DNA of 63,425 nucleotides, the filler included, from Nemertoderma westbladi (lineage: Eukaryota; Animalia; Xenacoelomorpha): NCBI GenBank assembly GCA_032718475.1. It is 4 parts of 4 records of this genome, joined end to end, with 100 filler letters (N's around TTAATTAATTAA, not from the genome) between each part and the next. Parts side by side here need not be neighbours in the genome. Positions count along the whole stretch, not along the records: positions 1 to 27,443 come from JAUCBJ010008426.1; 3 more parts are not named here. The stretch is one strand, 5' to 3'. Under the pieces are notes generated by a model. That model saw nothing but the letters and a program-made list of their open reading frames with translations, did no database searches and had not been told where the DNA came from. The stretch's first letter is position 1; each line of letters opens with the position of its first letter. Both the position numbers and the translations under genes were made by a program. This document shows positions 1 through 14,600 of this stretch, piece by piece.

Positions 1-2698
1 GGGGAGTGACGCCTCACGGACGCCGTCAACAGAGTCGACTAGAGGTAGATTAGTGTATCTGGGAAGGGGGCGAAAGAGAGGAGCGAGCCCGAAGAACCCA
101 GGAGCGGGTTGTTAATACATTATGGCACAGGGCGACAGACTCTAGATATATACATCATCGTCGCTCTGATGTATATTGTAGCATTTAAAAATCTTCGACT
201 AGACTCATATACACTAGTTGAGTTATTTGAATTTATATTATGAAAGAGGCGAAGGAAGTGATTGGGGAGACAAACCTGCGGGTTTGGCTTACTCCTTTCA
301 CTTGCCCTAGCAAAATTTTATATTTGATTTGTATGTAGTAATCATTATGTAGTAAGAATGAACGAGAAACAATATTTTGTAAATTTAATTTGTATGTAAT
401 AATCGTTAAACAGTGAGAGAGATAATATTTTGTAATTTTAATTTGTATGTAAATTCATTATGCAATATCTATGGCAATATTTGTAAATAGTAGAATTATT
501 ATGTTATTTAGATTGGTTGGAAGAAATTTATTTTGTTTTGTATACATCACCTTATACTCTTCTACAATTGGAGGGAAACATTGTATGATTTCCCTTGGAG
601 CGGTGTTACGGTATATGGCGCTGTATCCATAATATTAGTCCGTTGTGCAGCATGATATTTTAGATAAGGCATAATAACGCAGTGGTATTTAGGTAAGGAA
701 GTTAAAACGCCCATATATTTTGCATCCATTCATTTTGTATAGTATGTAGCCCTACCTACGTAATTTTGTATTAGGATATGTAGATAGTCCCAGGGTAGCA
801 AGTTTATTCGGACCCTGGATTCTGTGCTTGCTGATATTAGTTTGATAGGGCTAGCATATAGGGACGCTGTCCTGGCCATTCAGCAGCCAGAGACGTGATC
901 CATTACCATATATGGTAATAATTTGAGGGCATAGGGCTACAATCCGGTCTCCTTATTGGATTAACTGCTTCCAGGTTGGTTTAATGCTAGCATGGACTGG
1001 AGAGCCAATAGGAGAGCGATTGAGTCACCCTATTGCATCACCCATCGGATCACCTATAAATTGGCGGTGTGCCGGTAGAGCCCAATCTGTTACTGTTCAC
1101 ATGATCACCTCACATGATCTGCTATCACCTTGTACTTGCTGAGCTGTCTCTATTCAATTTTAGCGTATTTTCTGCAATTTACTAAATTTGATTAATTTCT
1201 TGAAATGCTTTGCTAGTGCGATTATCTTTGATTGTGTTTCTCAATTAATTCCTTCGATTACTGCTAATTACAACTGAACTATGATTTCTACCTTTTGATT
1301 AATGGTTCTATGTGATTCTTTTCTGCGCAATAATCCTAAGGGATTCCTGAGACTGTCAGACTTTGTGATTTGCATGCGCCGCTACGGTAGCTATTAGCAT
1401 CATGGAGGGCTAAGGTGCCAGTGGGCGGTGGGCACATCGGGGGGTTGAGCGACTAGGAGAGAGCGGAGGATTCAAAGCGGGCAACGCTGGCCAGAGTCAC
1501 CGTTGCGGGCGGGTAACTTGCACTGCGGCACGCAGACCGATCGCCGGAACAGTATCTAGGGGGCTGATGATCCAGGTTTTGTCTCTATTTAGTATTAGGG
1601 GGGCAGGAATTGGGTTAGTTAGGAATCCTAGATGTACCCGGGAGAGGCCTGCGCGTATTACAACGTTGAGTGTGGAGTACGAGTAGTGAATTGCATAATT
1701 GTAAACTGTGATTTCTAACGCTGATTGGTGTGTTATTGAAGTGTGCCTAAGATTACGAATGCTTAGATAGGCGCTCTTTTCCTTTGATTGATTTCTATTT
1801 CTTAGTTACAATAATTAGTTATTGATTAGGTCAAAGTAATACGGCAAATTAGGCTATTGCTAGCGAAACCTGTTGCGTGATAAATTAGAATTACGTATTC
1901 TGGAACTCTTAGTAATTAGTACGCTGTTAAATATTTGTGACTGTAACTAATTAGTAAAAATTAAGAATTAGTACGCAGCATAGCGGAGAGTAGCTAAGGT
2001 AATAATTAGTGTACTGTAAACTATTCACGCTGAGCGGTTATTTGCATTAGCGGGCAATCAGCTAGAACGCACTATTCGGTACGCACGATACGCTAGTAAT
2101 TTTGCTGGCCTAAAGCCAGTCGCGGGCAGTTTTAGACTCGGGTGGTATTACCCACGTAGAAACAGATACTGTACCATTTTGATATTTTAAATATTCTCGC
2201 ATTCACACATTACGTTAGGGAACCTCCAGTATTCGCGATTAGAAAGACGTAGGTAATAGCGTGCTTTAATAGTGATAAAATTAGGCGTAAGAATACTCTG
2301 AGTGCAAGGCCTCTCGCACTCGTCTTAAGTAAGCTTAGGGAGCCGACTCGGGTTTATTGTTTTGGTTATTCCCGCGTGGCTCATAGATTCGAACAGTTAG
2401 CTCTCTATCGAGCGATCGGTAGAGAAAGGAACAAGCGATTTTGCAGGAGTTGTGTAAAATTAGTAAAATATATTAGTGGACGGCAGATTAGCGCCATCTA
2501 ACGGGAAGTAGCGGTTCTGTATTTAGCAACCCTTACAATTTAGTAATAGCACGCTCCTGATCCCCTTTACTTAACAGTAGAGCAGTCTTTGTGTCTTATT
2601 GGTTAGGCGAGAGCTCATTAGGTTGACAGAAGGATATTAACGGGTATTGGTCTGTTCAACAGTTCTGCTGTTAGTATAGAGGTCGCGGTTGTTTATCA

Positions 2699-5600
2699 TA
2701 GACGTTATCACTTCTGGTAGTCTAGACGTTGTTACTTCTGGTAGTGTAGACGTTATTACTTCTGGTAGTGTAGACGTTATTACTTCTGGTAGTGTAGACG
2801 TTATTACTTCTGGTAGTGTAGACGTTATTACTTCCGGTGGTGTAGACGTTATTACTTCTGGTAGTCTAGACGTTATTACTTCTGGTAGTGTAGACGTTAT
2901 TACTTCTGGTAGTGTAGACGTTATTACTTCCGGTGGTGTAGACGTTATTACTTCTGGTAGTCTAGACGTTATTATTTCTGGTGGTGTAGACGTTATTACT
3001 TCTGGTAGTGTAGACGTTATTACTTCTGGTGGTGTAGACGTTATTACTTCCGGTGGTGTAGACGTTATTACTTCTGGTAGTGTAGACGTTATTACTTCCG
3101 GTGGTGTAGACGTTATTACTTCTGGTAGGGTAGACGTTATTACTTCTGGTGGTGTAGACGTTATTACCTCTGGTAGTGTAGACGTTATTACTTCTGGTGG
3201 TGTAGACGTTATTACTTCCGGTGGTGTAGACGTTATTACTTCTGGTAGTGTAGACGTTATTACTTCCGGTGGTGTAGACGTTATTACTTCTGGTAGTGTA
3301 GACGTTATTACTTCTGGTGGTCTAGACGTTATTACTTCTGGTGGTGTAGACGTTATTACTTCCGGTGGTGTAGACGTTATTACTTCTGGTAGTGTAGACG
3401 TTATTACTTCTGGTGGTGTAGACGTTATTACTTCCGGTGGTGTAGACGTTATTACTTCTGGTAGTGTAGACGTTATTACTTCCGGTGGTGTAGACGTTAT
3501 TACTTCTGGTAGTGTAGACGTTATTACTTCTGGTGGTGTAGACGTTATTACTTCTGGTAGTGTAGACGTTATTACTTCTGGTGGTGTAGACGTTATTACT
3601 TCTGGTGGTGTAGACGGTATTACTTCCGGTGGTGTAGACGGTATTACTTCTGGTAGTGTAGACGTTATTACTTCCGGTGGTGTAGACGTTATTACTTCCG
3701 GTGGTGTAGACGTTATTACTTCTGGTAGTGTAGACGTTATTACTTCTGGTGGTGTAGACGTTATTACTTCTGGTAGGGTAGACGTTATTACTTCTGGTGG
3801 TGTAGACGTTATTACTTCTGGTAGTGTAGACGTTATTACTTCTGGTGGTGTAGACGTTATTACTTCCGGTAGTGTAGACGTTATTACTTCCGGTGGTGTA
3901 GACGTTATTACTTCTGGTAGTCTAGACGTTATTACTTCCGGTGGTGTAGACGTTATTACTTCCGGTGGTGTAGACGGTATTACTTCCGGTGGTGTAGACG
4001 TTATTACATCCGGTGGTGTAGACGTTATTACTTCCGGTGGTGTAGACGTTATTACTTCTGGTAGTCTAGACGTTATTACTTCCGGTGGTGTAAACGTTAT
4101 TACTTCTGGTAGTGTAGACGTTATTACTTCCGGTAGTGTAGACGTTATTACTTCTGGTCCGGTGGTGTAGATGTTATTACTTCTGGTAGGGTAGACATTA
4201 TTACTTCCGGTGGTGTAGACGTTACTACTTCTGGTCCGGTGGTGTAGACGTTATTACTTCTGGTAGGGTAGACGTTATTACTTCCGGTGGTGTAGACGTT
4301 ATTACTTCCGGTGGTGTAGACGTTATTACTTCCGTGGTGTAGACGTTATTACTTCCGGTCCGGTGGTGTAGACGTTATTACTTCCGGTAGTGTAGACGTT
4401 ATTACTTCTGGTATTCTAGACGTTATTACTTCCGGTGGTGTAGACGTTATTACTTCCGGTGGTGTAGACGCTATTACTTCCGGTGGTGTAGACGTTATTA
4501 CTTCCGGTGGTGTTGACGTTATAACTTCCGGTCCGGTGGTGTAGACGTTATTACTTCTGATAGGGTAAACGTTATTACTTCCGGTGGTGTAGACGTTATT
4601 ACTTCCGGTGGTGTAGACGTTATTACTTCTGGTATTCTAGACGTTATTACTTCCGGTGGTGTAGACGTTATTACTTCCGGTGGTGTAGACGGTATTACTT
4701 CCGGTTGTGTAGACGTTATTACTTCCGGTGGTGTAGACGTTATTACTTCTGGTAGTGTAGACGTTATTACTTCTGGTAGGGTAGACGTTATTACTTCTGG
4801 TAGGGTAGACGTTATTACTTCCGGTGGTGTAGACGTTATTACTTCCGGTGGTGTAGACGTTATTACTTCCGGTGGTGTAGACGTTATTACTTCTGGTAGT
4901 GTAGACGTTATTACTTCCGGTCCGGTGGTGTAGACGTTATTACTTCCGGTGGTGTAGACGTTATTACTTCCGGTGGTGTAGACGTTATTTCTTCTGGTAG
5001 TCTAGACGTTATTACTTCCGGTGGTGTAGACATTATTAATTCTGGTAGTGTAGACGTTATTACTTTCGGTGGTGTAGACGTTATTACTTCTGGAAGTGTA
5101 GACGTTATTAGTTCCGGTGGTGTAGACGTTATTACTTCCGGTGGTGTAGACGTTATTTCTTCTGGTAGTCTAGACGTTATTACTTCTGGTGGTGTAGACG
5201 TTATTACTTCTGGTAGTGTAGACGTTATTACTTCCGGTGGTGTAGACGTTATTACTTCTGGTAGTGTAGACGTTATTACTTCTGGTAGTGTAGACGTTAT
5301 TACTTCTGGTGGTGTAGACGTTATTACTTCTGGTATTGTAGACGTTATTACTTCCGGTGGTGTAGACGTTATTACTTCTGGTGGTGTAGACGTTATTACT
5401 TCTGGTAGTGTAGACGTTATTACTTCCGGTGGTGTAGACGTTATTACTTCTGGTGGTGTAGACGCTATTACTTCCGGTGGTGTAGACGTTATTACTTCCG
5501 GTGGTGTTGACGTTATAACTTCCGGTCCGGTGGTGTAGACGTTATTACTTCTGATAGGGTAAACGTTATTACTTCCGGTGGTGTAGACGTTATTACTTCC

Positions 5601-8600
5601 GGTGGTGTAGACGTTATTACTTCCGGTAGTGTAGACGTTATTACTTCTGGTATTCTAGACGTTATTACTTCCGGTGGTGTAGACGTTATTACTTCTGGTG
5701 GTGTAGACGTTATTACTTCTGGTAGTGTAGACGTTATTACTTCCGGTGGTGTAGACGTTATTACTTCTGGTAGTCTAGACGTTATTACTTCTGGTAGTGT
5801 AGACGTTATTACTTCCGGTAGTGTAGACGTTATTACTTCTGGTAGTGTTGACGTTATTACTTCTGGTGGTGTAGACGTTATTACTTCTGGTAGTGTAGAC
5901 GTTATTACTTCCGGTGGTGTAGACGTTATTACTTCTGGTAGTCTAGGCGTTATTACTTCTGGTAGTGTAGACGTTATTACTTCTGGTAGTGTAGACGTTA
6001 TTACTTCCGGTAGTGTAGACGTTATTACTTCTGGTAGTGTAGACGTTATTACTTCTGGTGGTGTAGACGTTATTACTTCTGGTGGTGTAGACGTTATTAC
6101 TTCTGGTGGTGTAGACGTTATTACTTCTGGTAGTGTAGACGTTATTACTTCTGGTAGTGTAGACGTTATTACTTCTGGTGGTGTAGACGTTATTACTTCT
6201 GGTAGTGTAGACGTTATTACTTCCGGTGGTGTAGACGTTATTACTTCTGGTGGTGTAGACGTTATTACTTCTGGTAGTGTAGACGTTATTACTTCCGGTG
6301 GTGTAGACGTTATTACTTCTGGTAGTCTAGACGTTATTACTTCTGGTAGTGTAGACGTTATTACTTCCGGTAGTGTAGACGTTATTACTTCTGGTAGTGT
6401 TGACGTTATTACTTCTGGTGGTGTAGACGTTATTACTTCTGGTAGTGTAGACGTTATTACTTCCGGTGGTGTAGACGTTATTACTTCTGGTAGTCTAGAC
6501 GTTATTACTTCTGGTAGTGTAGACGTTATTACTTCTGGTAGTGTAGACGTTATTACTTCTGGTAGTGTAGACGTTATTACTTCTGGTAGTGTAGACGTTA
6601 TTACTTTCGGTGGTGCAGACGCTATTACTTCTGGTAGTCTAGACGTTATTACTTCCGGTGGTGTAGACGTTATTACTTCCGGTAGTGTAGACGTTATTAC
6701 TTCTGGTGGTGTAGACGTTATTACTTCCGGTGGTGTAGACGGCATTACTTCCGGTGGTGTAGACGTTATTACTTCCGGTGGTGTATACTTTATTACTTCT
6801 GGTCCGGTGGTGTAGACGTTATTACTTCTGGTAGTGTAGACGTTATTACTTCCGGTGGTGTAGACGTTATTACTTCCGGTGGTGTAGACGTTATTACTTC
6901 TGGTAGGGTAGACGTTATTACTTCCGGTGGTGTAGACGGTATTACTTCCGGTGGTGTAGACGTTATTACTTCCGGTGGTGTATACGTTATTACTTCCGGT
7001 GGTGTAGACGGTATTACTTTCGGTGGTGTAGACGTTATTACTTCCGGTGGTGTAGACGTTATTACTTCCGGTGGTGTAGACGGTATTACTTCCGGTGGTG
7101 TAGACGTTATTACATCCGGTGGTGTAGACGTTATTACTTCCGGTGGTGTAGACGTTATTACTTCTGGTAGTCTAGACGTTATTACTTCCGGTGGTGTAGA
7201 CGTTATTACTTCCGGTGGTGTAGACATTATTATTTCCGGTGGTGTAGACGTTACTACTTCTGGTCCGGTGGTGTAGACGTTATTACTTCTGGTAGGGTAG
7301 ACGTTATTACTTCCGGTGGTGTAGACGTTATTACTTCTGGTAGTGTAGACGTTATTACTTCTGGTAGTGTAGACGTTATTACTTCTGGTGGTGTAGACGT
7401 TATTACTTCTGGTATTGTAGACGTTATTACTTCCGGTGGTGTAGACGTTATTACTTCTGGTGGTGTAGACGTTATTACTTCTGGTAGTGTAGACGTTATT
7501 ACTTCCGGTGGTGTAGACGTTATTACTTCTGGTGGTGTAGACGCTATTACTTCCGGTGGTGTAGACGTTATTACTTCCGGTGGTGTTGACGTTATAACTT
7601 CCGGTCCGGTGGTGTAGACGTTATTACTTCTGATAGGGTAAACGTTATTACTTCCGGTGGTGTAGACGTTATTACTTCCGGTGGTGTAGACGTTATTACT
7701 TCCGGTAGTGTAGACGTTATTACTTCTGGTATTCTAGACGTTATTACTTCCGGTGGTGTAGACGTTATTACTTCTGGTGGTGTAGACGTTATTACTTCTG
7801 GTAGTGTAGACGTTATTACTTCCGGTGGTGTAGACGTTATTACTTCTGGTAGTCTAGACGTTATTACTTCTGGTAGTGTAGACGTTATTACTTCCGGTAG
7901 TGTAGACGTTATTACTTCTGGTAGTGTTGACGTTATTACTTCTGGTGGTGTAGACGTTATTACTTCTGGTAGTGTAGACGTTATTACTTCCGGTGGTGTA
8001 GACGTTATTACTTCTGGTAGTCTAGGCGTTATTACTTCTGGTAGTGTAGACGTTATTACTTCTGGTAGTGTAGACGTTATTACTTCCGGTAGTGTAGACG
8101 TTATTACTTCTGGTAGTGTAGACGTTATTACTTCTGGTGGTGTAGACGTTATTACTTCTGGTGGTGTAGACGTTATTACTTCTGGTGGTGTAGACGTTAT
8201 TACTTCTGGTAGTGTAGACGTTATTACTTCTGGTAGTGTAGACGTTATTACTTCTGGTGGTGTAGACGTTATTACTTCTGGTAGTGTAGACGTTATTACT
8301 TCCGGTGGTGTAGACGTTATTACTTCTGGTGGTGTAGACGTTATTACTTCTGGTAGTGTAGACGTTATTACTTCCGGTGGTGTAGACGTTATTACTTCTG
8401 GTAGTCTAGACGTTATTACTTCTGGTAGTGTAGACGTTATTACTTCCGGTAGTGTAGACGTTATTACTTCTGGTAGTGTTGACGTTATTACTTCTGGTGG
8501 TGTAGACGTTATTACTTCTGGTAGTGTAGACGTTATTACTTCCGGTGGTGTAGACGTTATTACTTCTGGTAGTCTAGACGTTATTACTTCTGGTAGTGTA

Positions 8601-11600
8601 GACGTTATTACTTCTGGTAGTGTAGACGTTATTACTTCTGGTAGTGTAGACGTTATTACTTCTGGTAGTGTAGACGTTATTACTTTCGGTGGTGCAGACG
8701 CTATTACTTCTGGTAGTCTAGACGTTATTACTTCCGGTGGTGTAGACGTTATTACTTCCGGTAGTGTAGACGTTATTACTTCTGGTGGTGTAGACGTTAT
8801 TACTTCCGGTGGTGTAGACGGCATTACTTCCGGTGGTGTAGACGTTATTACTTCCGGTGGTGTATACTTTATTACTTCTGGTCCGGTGGTGTAGACGTTA
8901 TTACTTCTGGTAGTGTAGACGTTATTACTTCCGGTGGTGTAGACGTTATTACTTCCGGTGGTGTAGACGTTATTACTTCTGGTAGGGTAGACGTTATTAC
9001 TTCCGGTGGTGTAGACGGTATTACTTCCGGTGGTGTAGACGTTATTACTTCCGGTGGTGTATACGTTATTACTTCCGGTGGTGTAGACGGTATTACTTTC
9101 GGTGGTGTAGACGTTATTACTTCCGGTGGTGTAGACGTTATTACTTCCGGTGGTGTAGACGGTATTACTTCCGGTGGTGTAGACGTTATTACATCCGGTG
9201 GTGTAGACGTTATTACTTCCGGTGGTGTAGACGTTATTACTTCTGGTAGTCTAGACGTTATTACTTCCGGTGGTGTAGACGTTATTACTTCCGGTGGTGT
9301 AGACATTATTATTTCCGGTGGTGTAGACGTTACTACTTCTGGTCCGGTGGTGTAGACGTTATTACTTCTGGTAGGGTAGACGTTATTACTTCCGGTGGTG
9401 TAGACGTTATTACTTTCGGTGGTGTAGACGTTATTACTTCCGGTGGTGTAGACATTATTACTTCCGGTCCGGTGGTGTAGACGTTATTACTTCCGGTAGT
9501 GTAGACGTTATTACTTCTGGTATTCTAGACGTTATTACTTCCGGTGGTGTAGACGTTATTACTTCCGGTGGTGTAGACGCTATTACTTCCGGTGGTGTAG
9601 ACGTTATTACTTCCGGTGGTGTTGACGTTATTACTTCCGGTCCGGTGGTGTAGACGTTATTACTTCTGATAGGGTAGACGTTATTACTTCCGGTGGTGTA
9701 GACGTTATTACTTCTGGTAGTGTAGACGTTATTACTTCCGGTGGTGTAGACGTTATTACTTCTGGAAGTGTAGACGTTATTAGTTCCGGTCCGGTGGTCT
9801 AGACGTTATTACTTCCGGTGGTGTAGACGCTATTACTTCTGGTGGTGTAGACATTATTTCTTCTGGTAGTCTAGACGTTATTACTTCTGGTAGTGTAGAC
9901 GTTATTACTTCTGGTAGTCTAGACGTTATTACTTCTGGTAGTGTAGACGTTATTACTTCTGGTGGTGTAGACGTTATTACTTCTGGTAGTGTAGACGTTA
10001 TTACTTCTGGTAGTGTAGACGTTATTACTTCTGGTAGTGTAGACGTTATTACTTCCGGTGGTGTAGACGTTATTACTTCTGGTGGTGTAGACGTTATTAC
10101 TTCTGGTAGTGTAGACGTTATTACTTCCGGTGGTGTAGACGTTATTACTTCTGGTAGTCTAGACGTTATTACTTCTGGTAGTGTAGACGTTATTACTTCC
10201 GGTAGTGTAGACGTTATTACTTCTGGTAGTGTTGACGTTATTACTTCTGGTGGTGTAGACGTTATTACTTCTGGTAGTGTAGACGTTATTACTTCCGGTG
10301 GTGTAGACGTTATTACTTCTGGTAGTCTAGACGTTATTACTTCTGGTAGTGTAGACGTTATTACTTCTGGTAGTGTAGACGTTATTACTTCCGGTAGTGT
10401 AGACGTTATTACTTCTGGTAGTGTAGACGTTATTACTTCTGGTGGTGTAGACGTTATTACTTCTGGTGGTGTAGACGTTATTACTTCTGGTGGTGTAGAC
10501 GTTATTACTTCTGGTAGTGTAGACGTTATTACTTCTGGTAGTGTAGACGTTATTACTTCTGGTGGTGTAGACGTTATTACTTCTGGTAGTGTAGACGTTA
10601 TTACTTCCGGTGGTGTAGACGTTATTACTTCTGGTGGTGTAGACGTTATTACTTCTGGTAGTGTAGACGTTATTACTTCTGGTGGTGTAGACGTTATTAC
10701 TTCCGGTGGTGTAGACGTTATTACTTCTGGTAGTGTAGACGTTATTACTTCCGGTAGTGTAGACGTTATTACTTCTGGTAGTGTTGACGTTATTACTTCT
10801 GGTGGTGTAGACGTTATTACTTCTGGTAGTGTAGACGTTATTACTTCCGGTGGTGTAGACGTTATTACTTCTGGTAGTCTAGACGTTATTACTTCTGGTA
10901 GTGTAGACGTTATTACTTCTGGTAGTGTAGACGTTATTACTTCTGGTAGTGTAGACGTTATTACTTCTGGTAGTGTAGACGTTATTACTTTCGGTGGTGC
11001 AGACGCTATTACTTCTGGTAGTCTAGACGTTATTACTTCCGGTGGTGTAGACGTTATTACTTCCGGTAGTGTAGACGTTATTACTTCTGGTGGTGTAGAC
11101 GTTATTACTTCCGGTGGTGTAGACGGCATTACTTCCGGTGGTGTAGACGTTATTACTTCCGGTGGTGTATACTTTATTACTTCTGGTCCGGTGGTGTAGA
11201 CGTTATTACTTCTGGTAGTGTAGACGTTATTACTTCCGGTGGTGTAGACGTTATTACTTCCGGTGGTGTAGACGTTATTACTTCTGGTAGGGTAGACGTT
11301 ATTACTTCCGGTGGTGTAGACGGTATTACTTCCGGTGGTGTAGACGTTATTACTTCCGGTGGTGTAGACGTTATTACTTCCGGTGGTGTAGACGGTATTA
11401 CTTCCGGTGGTGTAGACGTTATTACTTCCGGTGGTGTAGACGTTATTACTTCCGGTGGTGTAGACGGTATTACTTCCGGTGGTGTAGACGTTATTACATC
11501 CGGTGGTGTAGACGTTATTACTTCCGGTGGTGTAGACGTTATTACTTCTGGTAGTCTAGACGTTATTACTTCCGGTGGTGTAGACGTTATTACTTCCGGT

Positions 11601-14600
11601 GGTGTAGACATTATTATTTCCGGTGGTGTAGACGTTACTACTTCTGGTCCGGTGGTGTAGACGTTATTACTTCTGGTAGGGTAGACGTTATTACTTCCGG
11701 TGGTGTAGACGTTATTACTTTCGGTGGTGTAGACGTTATTACTTCCGGTGGTGTAGACGTTATTACTTCCGGTCCGGTGGTGTAGACGTTATTACTTCCG
11801 GTAGTGTAGACGTTATTACTTCTGGTATTCTAGACGTTATTACTTCCGGTGGTGTAGACGTTATTACTTCCGGTGGTGTAGACGCTATTACTTCCGGTGG
11901 TGTAGACGTTATTACTTCCGGTGGTGTTGACGTTATTACTTCCGGTCCGGTGGTGTAGACGTTATTACTTCTGATAGGGTAGACGTTATTACTTCCGGTG
12001 GTGTAGACGTTATTACTTCCGGTGGTGTATGGTAGTCTAGACGTTATTACTTCTGGTGGTGTAGACGTTATTACTTCCGGTGGTGTAGACGTTATTACTT
12101 CTGGTAGTGTAGACGTTATTACTTCCGGTCCGGTGGTTAGACGTTATTACTTCCGGTGGTGTAGACGTTATTACTTCCGGTGGTGTAGACGTTATTTCTT
12201 CTGGTAGTCTAGACGTTATTACTTCCGGTGGTGTAGACGTTATTACTTCTGGTAGTGTAGACGTTATTACTTCCGGTGGTGTAGACGTTATTACTTCTGG
12301 TAGTGTAGACGTTATTACTTCCGGTGGTGTAGACGTTATTACTTCCGGTGGTGTAGACGTTATTACTTCTGGTGGTGTAGACGTTATTACTTCCGGTGGT
12401 GTAGACGTTATTACTTCTGGTGGTGTAGACGTTATTACTTCTGGTGGTGTAGACGTTATTACTTCCGGTGGTGTAGACGTTATTACTTCTGGTAGTGTAG
12501 ACGTTATTACTTCCGGTGGTGTAGACGTTATTACTTCTGGTAGTGTAGACGTTATTACTTCTGGTAGTGTGACGTTATTACTTCTGGTGGTGTAGACGTT
12601 ATTACTTCTGGTAGTGTAGACGTTATTACTTCCGGTGGTGTAGACGTTATTACTTCTGGTAGTCTAGACGTTATTACTTCTGGTAGTGTAGACGTTATTA
12701 CTTCTGGTAGTGTAGACGTTATTACTTCCGGTAGTGTAGACGTTATTACTTCTGGTAGTGTAGACGTTATTACTTCTGGTGGTGTAGACGTTATTACTTC
12801 TGGTGGTGTAGACGTTATTACTTCTGGTGGTGTAGACGTTATTACTTCTGGTAGTGTAGACGTTATTACTTCTGGTAGTGTAGACGTTATTACTTCTGGT
12901 GGTGTAGACGTTATTACTTCTGGTAGTGTAGACGTTATTACTTCCGGTGGTGTAGACGTTATTACTTCTGGTGGTGTAGACGTTATTACTTCTGGTAGTG
13001 TAGACGTTATTACTTCTGGTGGTGTAGACGTTATTACTTCCGGTGGTGTAGACGTTATTACTTCTGGTAGTGTAGACGTTATTACTTCCGGTAGTGTAGA
13101 CGTTATTACTTCCGGTAGTGTAGACGTTATTACTTCTGGTAGTGTTGACGTTATTACTTCTGGTGGTGTAGACGTTATTACTTCTGGTAGTGTAGACGTT
13201 ATTACTTCCGGTGGTGTAGACGTTATTACTTCCGGTGGTGTAGACGTTATTACTTCTGGTAGTCTAGACGTTATTACTTCTGGTAGTGTAGACGTTATTA
13301 CTTCCGGTAGTGTAGACGTTATTACTTCCGGTGGTGTAGACGTTATTACTTCCGGTAGTGTAGACGTTATTACTTCTGGTAGTGTTGACGTTATTACTTC
13401 TGGTGGTGTAGACGTTATTACTTCTGGTAGTGTAGACGTTATTACTTCCGGTGGTGTAGACGTTATTACTTCTGGTAGTCTAGACGTTATTACTTCTGGT
13501 AGTGTAGACGTTATTACTTCTGGTAGTGTAGACGTTATTACTTCTGGTAGTGTAGACGTTATTACTTCTGGTAGTGTAGACGTTATTACTTTCGGTGGTG
13601 CAGACGCTATTACTTCTGGTAGTCTAGACGTTATTACTTCTGGTGGTGTAGACGTTATTACTTCCGGTAGTGTAGACGTTATTACTTCTGGTGGTGTAGA
13701 CGTTATTACTTCCGGTGGTGTAGACGGCATTACTTCCGGTGGTGTAGACGTTATTACTTCCGGTGGTGTATACTTTATTACTTCTGGTCCGGTGGTGTAG
13801 ACGTTATTACTTCTGGTAGTGTAGACGTTATTACTTCCGGTGGTGTAGACGTTATTACTTCCGGTGGTGTAGACGTTATTACTTCTGGTAGGGTAGACGT
13901 TATTACTTCCGGTGGTGTAGACGGTATTACTTCCGGTGGTGTAGACGTTATTACTTCCGGTGGTGTAGACGTTATTACTTCCGGTGGTGTAGACGGTATT
14001 ACTTCCGGTGGTGTAGACGTTATTACTTCCGGTGGTGTAGACGTTATTACTTCCGGTGGTGTAGACGGTATTACTTCCGGTGGTGTAGACGTTATTACAT
14101 CCGGTGGTTTAGACGTTATTACTTCCGGTGGTGTAGACGTTATTACTTCTGGTAGTCTAGACGTTATTACTTCCGGTGGTGTAGACGTTATTACTTCCGG
14201 TGGTGTAGACATTATTATTTCCGGTGGTGTAGACGTTACTACTTCTGGTCCGGTGGTGTAGACGTTATTACTTCTGGTAGGGTAGACGTTATTACTTCCG
14301 GTGGTGTAGACGTTATTACTTTCGGTGGTGTAGACGTTATTACTTCCGGTGGTGTAGACGTTATTACTTCCGGTCCGGTGGTGTAGACGTTATTACTTCC
14401 GGTAGTGTAGACGTTATTACTTCTGGTATTCTAGACGTTATTACTTCCGGTGGTGTAGACGTTATTACTTCCGGTGGTGTAGACGCTATTACTTCCGGTG
14501 GTGTAGACGTTATTACTTCCGGTGGTGTTGACGTTATTACTTCCGGTCCGGTGGTGTAGACGTTATTACTTCTGATAGGGTAGACGTTATTACTTCCGGT

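Noticed and set aside
1560-1600. CTGATGA as a hammerhead core (similar words at about 15880, 47530, 57870 and 59303)
   Set aside because: None has a correctly placed stem II plus GAAA and closing stem I.
604-2538. Complete LTR
   Set aside because: Only a PPT-TGT-like start and a weak inverted end are visible. There is no partner LTR or clear PBS, so it is kept only as a hypothesis in the findings.
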